DNA from: Desulfatiglandales bacterium
GTDB taxonomy: Bacteria; Desulfobacterota; DSM-4660; Desulfatiglandales; Desulfatiglandaceae
DNA: 64,000 nt
Direction of reading: 5' to 3'
Assembly: GCA_963662465.1 (NCBI GenBank)
Contig: OY759599.1
Coordinates: forward strand, 6,400,001-6,464,000
Position 1 is the stretch's first letter. Every line of letters starts with the position of its first letter. Made by a program: the position numbers and the translations under genes. The notes below the pieces were generated by a model. The model saw only the letters and a program-made list of their open reading frames with translations. It made no database searches and had not been told where the DNA came from. Positions 51,123 through 60,048 of this stretch are shown here, piece by piece.

Positions 51123-51512
51123 TTTTTCTTAAGTTCGGGCTTATCTTGGCCCCAATAGAACAGCTCTGACCCGATATCTTTGATTACAATTATGTTCCCT
51201 TATCGTATCTGTTTTCATGGCTCCGCTTGGTGGGTTACGAAATACTCCAAATCGCATCCCATTTTTATCAGATAAATTGAGGGTAGTACCCGTTTGCAAA
51301 TTGATGCATATTACGCCGAACTCTATACTAGTCAGGCGTAAAATGCAACGCAGACAATGAAATTTTCAGCGGGAATTTAAGCAGGCTGCTCAGAAAAAAA
51401 CGGTTTCCTGATCTAAATATCATTGTTGCCATTTATAGGTCGATGTTGTTATAATACTAGAGATGCTGGGTTTAAGCCTGATATATTGAAACAGAAAAAG
51501 GGTTTATAAACG

Positions 51513-53978
51513 ATGAAAAGATCCATTGTTCTGAGTATGTGGCAATTATGGCTTATTTTGTTTTTTTTTACATCGACTGTTTATGCGGATTACGGGTTGA
51601 TGCTTGGTTCTTTTAAGGATCAGGCTAATGCACAAAAATATTTGAATGAGTTCCAAAATGGAAACAAGGTTTCGACAGAGAATGCCTTTATCGAAAACAT
51701 ACAGATGCTCGGAAAAGGCATTTGGTACAGGGTCTGTTTGGGACCCTTTGTCAGCAGGGAGGATGCTGTAAAAAAACAGATTTTTCTTCAATCCAGGGGG
51801 CATGACAGCGTTGTTGTTTCCATAAATGCGCCTGAAATACGCCTCTCATCGGGAAAATCTCTTGAATCTTCCCCCCAACCTCTTTCATTAATACCATCCG
51901 AGCCGGATGCTGCTCCCTTGAAAAATGACCCGCCGTTGATTGCCGCTGACGCTTCAGGACCCAAGGATGTCCATGCCGGGACCGCAACGTCATTGCCTGT
52001 TGATGGATCATCACATTTGCCCGAGAGAGAAGACAGCGTTTCCACGAGTGAATCGACACTACAATCGAATACCCATGAGGGACAGACGGCTTCAACGGGA
52101 TCACAGGCAAATTCGATGATTGTATATCCGGGGGACATCCTGAATATCGAAGTCCCCACCCAGAAACAGATGAGTCAAGATTATGACGTTGATCCCGAGG
52201 GTAGGATATTTATGATGTCGGTCGGGGAAATCAGGATTGGCGGTCTTGATCTTTCTTTGATTCAGAAGAAAATTACAGTCCTTCTGAAGCAGCTTATTCC
52301 CAAAGAAGAAAAACCGACCGTAACGCTTGTTGGCAGAATGCGGTATATCAATATCAGAGGCGGGGTCAATTACCCGGGTTGGTACCGCGTTTCAGCAGTA
52401 TCTAACCTGGATGATCTGGTGGAAATGGCGGGTGGCCTTGTTGCGGGAGCGGATTTTTCGGAAATCAAAATCAAACGTCCCACAAAGACCGGGTTCCGGG
52501 ATATAAACGCCAGAGGTCGGATTTCCCTGGAACCAAATGATGTCCTGATGGTGCCCACGCCCCAAAAATATGAGAGAAAGATTGACAGCGGGGATCTTTT
52601 GTTTATCAACATTCCTGAAAGAGCAAGTGGTGAACCAGGTTTATCCGAGATAGAAAGAAAGGTGACGCAAAACAAGATTGAGGTTGATAAATCCGGCTAC
52701 ATCTACATTCCGGACTATGGGCACATTTATGTCAAAAATTTACTGACAACAGAAGTATCCAAGATTATTACAAACCGGCTTCCAAAATACCTTGCTCGTT
52801 CCGCAAAAGTGCATGTGAATATCATAGAGAAAAAGCACTATGTGCAGATCGGCGGCCATGTGGCAACACCGGGGTGGTATAGTGTTCCGGAATCGGATAA
52901 TATTCAGGCGGCCCTGAGTGTGGCGGGCGGCGCCGTGGACGGCGCCATTTTGAGCAAGGTGACCGTAACCCGTAAATGGGGGGGGCAAACTCGAGAGGTA
53001 AGGGTCAATTTATACCAGTTTACCGTTACGGGAGATGTCAGGCTGCTTACTCCTGTCCACGAAGATGATTCTATTTTTGTGCCCATTTCGGCGGCTTTCG
53101 GAGACGTGAAACGTACGCTCAGCAACTGGCAACCGCCCCCATCGAAGTTGGAGGAGGATACGGGCAGCAAGGTTCGCATCTTTGGTGCTGTGGGCAGTCC
53201 CGGAGTTTATGAACCCAAGGAGGACATGAATATCCTCGATTTGTTGATCCTGGCCGGCGGAAACAGGGATGACGCCGATTTGGCCAAAACAATGCTGATT
53301 CGGGAAAACAAGACTCAAATTTATGACCTGAATGCTTTGATACTTGGAAGCACACAGGGTAAAGCGAAGATACCGAAGGTCCAAAACGGGGATGCCGTTT
53401 ATGTCGCCTTTGTAAAAAAGGCAAGCTATGAGAAACAGGACCCTAAGGAAATGATAAGGATTTTCGGAGCGGTTAAAAAGCCGGGCATTTATGAGGTCTC
53501 TCCAGATATGAACATCATAGACGTATTTTCACTGGCGAACGGGCAGACTTATGATGCTGATTTGAAAAAGGTGAATATCGCAAGGGCAAACGGTACATTT
53601 GAAATGTTGGATTTGCAGGAATATTTTGACGCGAAACTATCCGACCCAACGAAACTACCGATAATCAATGCCAGCGATACCGTATATGTTCATTATCTGC
53701 AACATCTGAGTTTGGAGAAAAAGGAGCCTGTTTACCTTTTGGGCAAAGTCAAATCTCCAGGGCAGTATCAATTGGCAACTGGGGGCATGACGGTTTATCA
53801 AATGATTGCATATGCCGGTGGCCTCGATGAGTGGGCTGATACTGAAAACATCATGGTTATTCGGATGGTTAGTGGAAGACAGCGCAATATTCACTATAAT
53901 CTCCGAAAGGCGCTTTCGGGAAAATATCCTGAGCTGAATATTAGATTGAGATCTTTTGATACCATTTATGTGCCATAA
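51513..53978 (+). CDS. SPOR-domain-fused polysaccharide export (OPX/SLBB) protein
   Basis: Sec signal; LGSFKDQANA...WYRVCLGPF.SR..A (SPOR); two Poly_export-like segments; multiple GxV..PG.Y SLBB repeats; ends DTIYVP. Confidence 0.88.
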   Translation: MKRSIVLSMWQLWLILFFFTSTVYADYGLMLGSFKDQANAQKYLNEFQNGNKVSTENAFIENIQMLGKGIWYRVCLGPFVSREDAVKKQIFLQSRGHDSVVVSINAPEIRLSSGKSLESSPQPLSLIPSEPDAAPLKNDPPLIAADASGPKDVHAGTATSLPVDGSSHLPEREDSVSTSESTLQSNTHEGQTASTGSQANSMIVYPGDILNIEVPTQKQMSQDYDVDPEGRIFMMSVGEIRIGGLDLSLIQKKITVLLKQLIPKEEKPTVTLVGRMRYINIRGGVNYPGWYRVSAVSNLDDLVEMAGGLVAGADFSEIKIKRPTKTGFRDINARGRISLEPNDVLMVPTPQKYERKIDSGDLLFINIPERASGEPGLSEIERKVTQNKIEVDKSGYIYIPDYGHIYVKNLLTTEVSKIITNRLPKYLARSAKVHVNIIEKKHYVQIGGHVATPGWYSVPESDNIQAALSVAGGAVDGAILSKVTVTRKWGGQTREVRVNLYQFTVTGDVRLLTPVHEDDSIFVPISAAFGDVKRTLSNWQPPPSKLEEDTGSKVRIFGAVGSPGVYEPKEDMNILDLLILAGGNRDDADLAKTMLIRENKTQIYDLNALILGSTQGKAKIPKVQNGDAVYVAFVKKASYEKQDPKEMIRIFGAVKKPGIYEVSPDMNIIDVFSLANGQTYDADLKKVNIARANGTFEMLDLQEYFDAKLSDPTKLPIINASDTVYVHYLQHLSLEKKEPVYLLGKVKSPGQYQLATGGMTVYQMIAYAGGLDEWADTENIMVIRMVSGRQRNIHYNLRKALSGKYPELNIRLRSFDTIYVP

Positions 53979-54016
53979 AGCGGGATACTCGCAACCCAAA
54001 GATGAAGTTGTAGGAG

Positions 54017-54050
54017 TCAGTTGTCAGTTGTCAGTTATCAGTTGTCAGCG
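54017..54050. repeat. Left arm of TCAGTTG heptamers
   Basis: tcagttg tcagttg tcagtta tcagttg tcagcg. Confidence 0.9.
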
Positions 54051-54062
54051 CTGGAGGCTATT

Positions 54063-54408
54063 TTGAAATTTGAGGATTTGGAAGTATGGAAGAGGTCTTC
54101 ACGATTATGTGCAGATTTGTATAAACATTTTCAAGATATTAAAGATTTTGGGTTTCGTGATCAGATTACCCGGTCTGCTTTATCAATACCAAGCACGTGC
54201 AGAAGGTGTGGAACGAGACTCAAAAAAAGATTTTGCCAGGTTTCTGCAATATTCAAAAGGTTCTTGTGGAGAATTAAGAACACAAATTTATATTGGTATT
54301 GATATTGATTATATTGAACCAGCAGTTGGCAAAAAATGGATTCAGGAAACAAAAGAACTCTCGGCGATGCTCGTAGGTCTTAGCAAATCCCTAAAGAAGA
54401 TAAATTAG
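54063..54408 (+). pseudogene. Four-helix-bundle (23S rRNA IVP family) gene, frameshifted near 54196
   Basis: GGAGG + TTG; MKFEDLEVWK...DQITRSALSIPS then other frame AEGVER...FL.YSKGSCGELRTQ. Confidence 0.9.
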
Positions 54409-54423
54409 TATCGATATGCTTTT

Positions 54424-54444
54424 ACTGACAACTGACAACTGATA
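54424..54444. repeat. Right arm of CTGACAA heptamers
   Basis: actgacaactgacaactga is the exact reverse complement of 54017-54035. Confidence 0.9.
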
Positions 54445-54577
54445 CCATATAACGATTTTCTTGTTTTTTGTGACAGAAAACTCAAGTGATAGGCTATAAA
54501 GGCGCAGAGGCGCAGAGAACAGAGGAAAGATGACGGAGAATGGATGGGCAGTTTGCAGCATAGTGGCTTAGGGGAAC

Positions 54578-54817
54578 TTGATGCCAACGATTAAGGATAT
54601 CAGTGGGGCTTACCGGTTTTTCTTTTACAGCTTCGACTGTAACGAACCAAAGCATGTCCACGTACAACGAGAGAAATTTACATGCAAGTTTTGGCTTAAG
54701 CCAGTTGCTCTCAGCAAGAATTATGGCTTTCCTCCAAAGGAATTAAGAAATATTTTCAAAATTGTAAGGTCCAATCAAAACAGAATTGAGGAGGCCTGGA
54801 ATGAACATTGCGATTAA
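54578..54817 (+). CDS. DUF4160 family protein
   Basis: YRFFFYS....EPKHVHV.....CKFWL.P. Confidence 0.85.
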   Translation: MMPTIKDISGAYRFFFYSFDCNEPKHVHVQREKFTCKFWLKPVALSKNYGFPPKELRNIFKIVRSNQNRIEEAWNEHCD

Positions 54818-55061
54818 TCAAATAGAACCGAGGCTATTGGATGTTCGGGTCTCTGAAGAGGAAATCATCGTTTTTCTTGCTGATGGGCGAACAGTAAGTG
54901 TCCCTCTGGCTTGGTCTTGGCGACTATCAGAAGCATCACAGAAGGCACGCCAAAACTTTCAAATAATCGGAGATGGGCAAGGTATCCACTGGCCGGATGT
55001 GGACGAAGATATAAGCGTTGTGGGTATGCTGGGCGGTTTACCGGCCCGGCGACCATCATAA
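54801..55061 (+). CDS. DUF2442 family protein
   Basis: LADGRTVSVPLAWSWRL..A...R.N....G.GIHWPDVDEDISV; overlaps DUF4160 gene. Confidence 0.87.
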   Translation: MNIAINQIEPRLLDVRVSEEEIIVFLADGRTVSVPLAWSWRLSEASQKARQNFQIIGDGQGIHWPDVDEDISVVGMLGGLPARRPS

Positions 55062-55219
55062 GGGGCATAGGTCAGGAAAAGACAGAGAAAAGATGCCTTG
55101 GGGGGCAAAGCTCCTTGCCTGATCTCATATAAAACGGGCGAACCAAAATACTGCGTAATCTTGCGCAATTATTTTTTGCTGAGGCCCTGAAAAGCCAGAA
55201 AGCTCAAAGCATGGAAGCT

Positions 55220-55370
55220 TCAAAGCTTGACAGTCCAGTAAAAAGTCCCCAAGCCCGTCACCCCCGCGAAAGCGGGGGTCCATAAACCCCTGATGTTACT
55301 GGATTCCCGCGTTCGCGGGAATGACGAAAACGGGTCATTGCTGACTTTTTACGAGTTTGTCAAAGCTTGA
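55220..55370. mobile_element. Nested MITE/REP-like element flanked by 11-bp direct repeats
   Basis: tcaaagcttga at 55220-55230 and 55360-55370; outer IR 55227-55247/55343-55363 (17/21); inner hairpin pair 55256-55282/55300-55326. Confidence 0.85.
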
Positions 55371-55383
55371 AGCGAAGTCAAAA

Positions 55384-57267
55384 ATGAACAGGAATGATGT
55401 TGCGATAGATTTGAAAAAGAATTCAAAAAATAATTCTGCCGTCATATCAGGCGTTGTGGCTTCCCTCTTATTGCCCATCGTGTTCTCTTCTTTTTTTTTT
55501 CTTATCGTCAATCAACTTACTTCTGCATTCGGTGAACAGAGCCAAGCCAACGTGGGTCGAGTGTGTCTTTATTCACTGTTACAGAGATATCCCATTGCTT
55601 CAAGTGAAATACAATCGCGTCTATCCGGCGGACAACGAAACACACGTTCAAACAGGCTGATCGAAGTGCCTGAACATACGTTCATTCAAAAATCCACGAT
55701 AAAGATCAATGATCTCATCGTTTCTCCTGCTTGGGGCGTAAAGATGCAAGGCCGGTCTGTCAACCCTGTATATACTCCCATCCACGCCCATGAAAATGTG
55801 AGAGATGTCGAAGTCAGGACCGGGCGTGATAATGTGGAAGAGAAATTTTACACTGCTTTCAACCTGACCAAAACCCGCAAAGATCCTATGAAATCTCTAT
55901 CTGCTAAGATACCGCCACGCGAAAATCCGTCCGGCGGCGATAATCTATTGGAAGGCGCCGGGGGCTCACTTGGCGATTTTTTTGAGGGTGGAACTGTTTC
56001 CACACCTTCAAAAGGGGCGTATCGAATTGAAGTCTCCCCCAGGATAAGTATAAAAGAAGAATATGATGACAATATTACATTGCTCAATAAAAACCCGATT
56101 GGGGATTATTCAACAACGGTTTCTCCCGGCCTAAAGATAAGTGCTGATTCGGGCAGCAATGGTTTAGACCTGGATTACGAATTTGGTTGGGTTAAATACC
56201 ATAAAAGCACCAAAAATGATTATATCCAACATCTCGGAACTTTAGGATTATGGCAGAAAATCGGCAGCCACTTAACTTTTCGACTGACAGACGCCTATAT
56301 TAAGTCAAATGATTATCTTGCAGATCTTAATCAATTCCCAGTGACCCAAAGGGTTGCTAATACGCTAAGTGCTTATCAAAGAAATGACGCCAAGGCGGTT
56401 TTGGATTTCCAATTTGGCCCCAAAAACCATTTTGTGGTCGGATATATTTACAATATTTTGGATAATGATGATCCGTCCTTAGAAGATGCAAGGGAGCAGG
56501 GTCCATCTGCAGCGCTATCATACTGGTTCACCCAGAAAGATGGACTGGATTTGAGCTATGAGAATCTCAGGTACATTTATGATCAGCCTGATTATTATAA
56601 TAATTGGAAAGACCTGAACGCACATAATATGCGGGGCGCCTATGTTCACCAATTTGGAGTTCGTTCAACCGGTAGCCTTTATTATGCACTTTCCATACGG
56701 AAATCTATCGATTTCCCCATACAATATGAGATCCATGATGTCGGGGCAGGTTTTGACCACCGCTTTTCATCTTCTACCTCTTTATCATTGGGTTTGGGAT
56801 ATTATAAACCAACCGGCGATACTTCATTGCCCGGAACACCCGCTTTGAACCCTGGCGTAACTTCTTTGATTGAGCTGAGAAAAAGTTTTCAACACGGGAG
56901 CGTTTCTTTAGGTGTCACGTCTGGATGGGATGATGGTTTATTGGAGGTGATACCCAGGGGGTTTACAAAGTTTGGGGGGGCGTTTGGTCGCTTTGATTAT
57001 GAACCGATTGAAAATGTGAGTGTTTTTGGTGGGGTAACATATCGAAAAAATAGATATGCGAATGAAGAAATCGACATTCTTCTGAATCAGGCAACGGAAG
57101 ACGAAACGTATCAAGGTCGGTGCGGTGTAGATTGGAGGCTTTGTCGATGGTTTACGTTGGGATTGCTTTATACTTATACGAACCGGATAAGTCCTGATCC
57201 TGAAGATGAGTTTGTGGATAACAGAATTGGGTTGATTTTTACGGCGGAAAAACCTTTTAAATGGTAG
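55384..57267 (+). CDS. Outer-membrane beta-barrel associated with EPS export (start uncertain)
   Basis: VSPRISIKEEYDDNI, D..T.VSPG, alternating aromatic strands, C-terminal YTYTNR.S....EFVDNR and terminal aromatic residue. Confidence 0.8.
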   Translation: MNRNDVAIDLKKNSKNNSAVISGVVASLLLPIVFSSFFFLIVNQLTSAFGEQSQANVGRVCLYSLLQRYPIASSEIQSRLSGGQRNTRSNRLIEVPEHTFIQKSTIKINDLIVSPAWGVKMQGRSVNPVYTPIHAHENVRDVEVRTGRDNVEEKFYTAFNLTKTRKDPMKSLSAKIPPRENPSGGDNLLEGAGGSLGDFFEGGTVSTPSKGAYRIEVSPRISIKEEYDDNITLLNKNPIGDYSTTVSPGLKISADSGSNGLDLDYEFGWVKYHKSTKNDYIQHLGTLGLWQKIGSHLTFRLTDAYIKSNDYLADLNQFPVTQRVANTLSAYQRNDAKAVLDFQFGPKNHFVVGYIYNILDNDDPSLEDAREQGPSAALSYWFTQKDGLDLSYENLRYIYDQPDYYNNWKDLNAHNMRGAYVHQFGVRSTGSLYYALSIRKSIDFPIQYEIHDVGAGFDHRFSSSTSLSLGLGYYKPTGDTSLPGTPALNPGVTSLIELRKSFQHGSVSLGVTSGWDDGLLEVIPRGFTKFGGAFGRFDYEPIENVSVFGGVTYRKNRYANEEIDILLNQATEDETYQGRCGVDWRLCRWFTLGLLYTYTNRISPDPEDEFVDNRIGLIFTAEKPFKW

Positions 57268-57348
57268 GGGTTGTGGGAATCATTTCCGGTGGGGGAAATT
57301 GATTGAACTTAAAGCCTGGCCAAAGCTATTCGGAATTTTTGAAAAGAT

Positions 57349-57658
57349 GAATATCGAATATCGAACAAGGAATGTAGAATGACGAAGGGGAAGTCAGAGT
57401 TTGATCTTGAAGACCGTTTGATTGATTTCGCTGTGCGTATTATTCGAACATCAGAATCTTTGCCGAAAAGTAAAGTTGGGAAACACATTGCTGGTCAACT
57501 TATTCGTATCAGAGCCGACCTGATAAAACCAGCATCGAAACTCGAAGCTTTGATTGATGAAAGTGACCAACTGATTTCAATTTTTGTAAAAAGTGTAAGC
57601 ACCGCCATGCAAAATTTAAAGAAAACTTCATAATTCGACATTCCCTTGTTCAATATTC
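57349..57658. repeat. Inverted GAA-N4 heptamer arms enclosing the second four-helix gene
   Basis: 57356-57387 vs reverse complement of 57626-57658: 28/32 matches plus one bulge. Confidence 0.9.
57379..57633 (+). pseudogene. Four-helix-bundle gene with in-frame internal deletion
   Basis: DLEDRLIDFAVRII...IAGQLIR joined directly to the last helix; the usual SGTS..NY.EA...DF.HK core is absent. Confidence 0.82.
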
Positions 57659-57893
57659 TGCGGTTCAAAAACATATATAATTCCAAATAATTACAGGTCT
57701 TCCTGATAAATTTTTCGGTAAAGAGTTGCATGGAAAAGCACGATTGTATAGAATCGTAAACATAGCGTGAGGTTAAAGGCTGCCAATTCTAAGCTGAGAG
57801 GAAGAATCGCCCCATGATGAAAACAACCGGCATCGCCTGTTTGGCCTGATGCTCATGGATTATTTTTCTGACCGGGGCTTTCGAGTTCCCAGA

Positions 57894-58375
57894 TGGCCAC
57901 TTCAAAATCCCCCACTTGTGGCCACCCCAAAATCCCCCACCTGTGAAGGTGGTCGTGTAGGATCTTGACCGTGGCAATGGAAAGATCTTCAGCGACAAAA
58001 CGGCTACACTTTATTCTTTTTTCTTCCCTATGGCAAGCTTTTCTGCAGCCTCCTTTAGCTTGTAGCTTTTTCCTTCAAATTTGAGCAAATCGCCTCGGTG
58101 GAGCAACCTGTCAAGGATCGCAGAGGATGCGGCATTGTCTCTGAGCAGTTTACCCCAGTCCTCCACCGGACGGTTCGGTTTGATGTTATGAGTGTTCTTT
58201 TTCTTTTGGAATAACGATTCAGTATGATATCAAGAAGATCATCTGCCGCATGTTCAGGGACCCTTTTTCTCAGGAAAAGATCATCTATTATCAGCAAGTC
58301 TGCTTCTGAAAAAAGCTTTGTTATTTTTTTTGTCTTCCCTGTTTGGGCAGCTTCTGAGAGTGGACTCGCAAATTG
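57894..58375 (-). mobile_element. istB: IS21-family right-end remnant (istB fragment + subterminal repeats)
   Basis: DLLIIDD, LITSNR, frameshift, EDWG..L.D...SAILDRLLH...FEGKSYKL, stop 58011; two 25-bp direct repeats 57894-57918 and 57919-57943. Confidence 0.85.
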
Positions 58376-58859
58376 ATGTAAACGTTGCCAACTTATATGG
58401 TGGAGTAGCGAAGAAAAAATCGGAAGTGCTTCTCGGTCTAATGAAAAGTGTTTTTTTAAGGCATGGTCATGAGCTTGAATAATAAGTGATCTTTATGGCA
58501 TCAATGGATGTAAATTTTTCAGGCTGGAAGAGACACTTTGCCGAGGTTATGTTTGAACACAATTTAAAAGATTATAAGGATGGACAGGATTCCAATATCC
58601 TGTTCATCTGAAAAATCCTGTTTATCGTGGTTAAGACAGTGAGGTGATCAACCATGGTGGTTAAACTTTGCCCCTACAATCCTGGCCGAAACGATGATCA
58701 AGGCCTTTTCAATTATGAAATTGGAAACTAAAGAATTGATTCTGGGTTCTTTACTATTGGTCCATTTCTTGATAAGAAGAGTTTCGATTCTGCCGAATTC
58801 CGGGCATGATGAAAAAAAACCCCGGGGCAGGGACCATCTAACAGAAAGGATGAAACAAA

Positions 58860-59201
58860 ATGGCATCAAAGGACAAGGAATCGAGATTGGGGCAAATGAG
58901 CTACTGGGAAGAACAGTTGAACCAGCGGCTTGCCCTGTTGGCTGAAAAAGGCGATGCACCTGAAAAAATCGCCAAGGACACCGAAGTTAAAAAAATCCGC
59001 GCCAAAATAAGGGAAACCCGCGATCGGCTCAAAGCCATCGAGGAAAGAGAAAAAAAGCTGGAGGATATGGCCAAGGCCAAGGTTGAAAAAGCGGCCATGC
59101 CCAAAAAATCCAAAAAGAAGAAAAAGGAAGAGGAATCGCCTGAAGAAAGTAAACGTCAGCAGAAAAAGAAAAAGAAAAAAGAAAAGAAACCCAAGGATTA
59201 A
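58860..59201 (+). CDS. Lys/Glu-rich coiled-coil hypothetical protein
   Basis: 113 aa helical, low-complexity basic tail. Confidence 0.65.
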   Translation: MASKDKESRLGQMSYWEEQLNQRLALLAEKGDAPEKIAKDTEVKKIRAKIRETRDRLKAIEEREKKLEDMAKAKVEKAAMPKKSKKKKKEEESPEESKRQQKKKKKKEKKPKD

Positions 59202-59788
59202 TGTTTTCCTGGGATTTTCAGGCCTTTTTTAAAGCGCTCGGTTTCAGCCTCGTCCATTTTTAGCAGGGATTCGGGGCTGAACTTTAACTTGCAAAACAGT
59301 TTTTCTTCCACCTGCCAACATCGCTTGAAATTCAATTTTATGGCCTTGCACAGCTGTTCCTGATCTCGCCCGTAACGTTTGAGGATGTAATCCTGCCGTT
59401 CTTCGAGGGTAACGATTTTGTCATGCTTTACCCGTTTATCCGCGTAAAACACTACCACCTTTTCAGAATTGGTTCCGTTTAGATGGTAGTCCTTCAACTT
59501 GACATGTTCCCCCACGATATCGGCGATTTCATCAAGACCGTTTTCGATACAGATCTGTTTCCCTAGTTCAGCATGGTTCTCCCCTGATGTCAATGAAGGC
59601 GTTTTTCCGATATCATGCATCAGCGCCCCGACCGTTGTTTTTAAGACGGAGATATCCATGTTGACGTCCCGAAGTCCTTCCGCAATCATACGGGCCACCC
59701 TTGCCACAACCACTGAATGGGCTTTGATGTGCTCAAGCATATGATATTGATCCATGAAATGGTAGCAGTCTCTGATGGATGGGATCAT
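59198..59788 (-). CDS. HD-domain (HDIG) phosphohydrolase
   Basis: HS..VA, LMHDIGK, NHAELG, HV, YADKRV. Confidence 0.88.
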   Translation of the reverse strand: MIPSIRDCYHFMDQYHMLEHIKAHSVVVARVARMIAEGLRDVNMDISVLKTTVGALMHDIGKTPSLTSGENHAELGKQICIENGLDEIADIVGEHVKLKDYHLNGTNSEKVVVFYADKRVKHDKIVTLEERQDYILKRYGRDQEQLCKAIKLNFKRCWQVEEKLFCKLKFSPESLLKMDEAETERFKKGLKIPGKH

Positions 59789-60048
59789 GATTGACCTCTT
59801 CTTTTATTTTTAATTACGGGCCTGATCATTACCAGGTTCACCTCGGTCATTCAAGCAAAAATCAAAAAATACACCACAGACATTGAGCGCACAAAGATGA
59901 CCACGGTAATAGCTTGGAATCAAATGGTTTCCTAAGTATTCTCGGTGTTTTGGTGGAATTTCGCTCCGCCAAACCAGGGAAACCCTTCGAATTTTCCTCA
60001 CGGAACAGCGCCCAAACATGAACGTTATTCATTCAGGGGGGATTGGTC

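Noticed and set aside
55357..55383. TTG start of the beta-barrel ORF given by the ORF track
   Set aside because: It lies inside the end of the repeat element; a downstream ATG is more plausible
57894..57943. CRISPR repeats
   Set aside because: Two abutting 25-bp copies without a spacer, next to istB; they fit IS21 subterminal repeats
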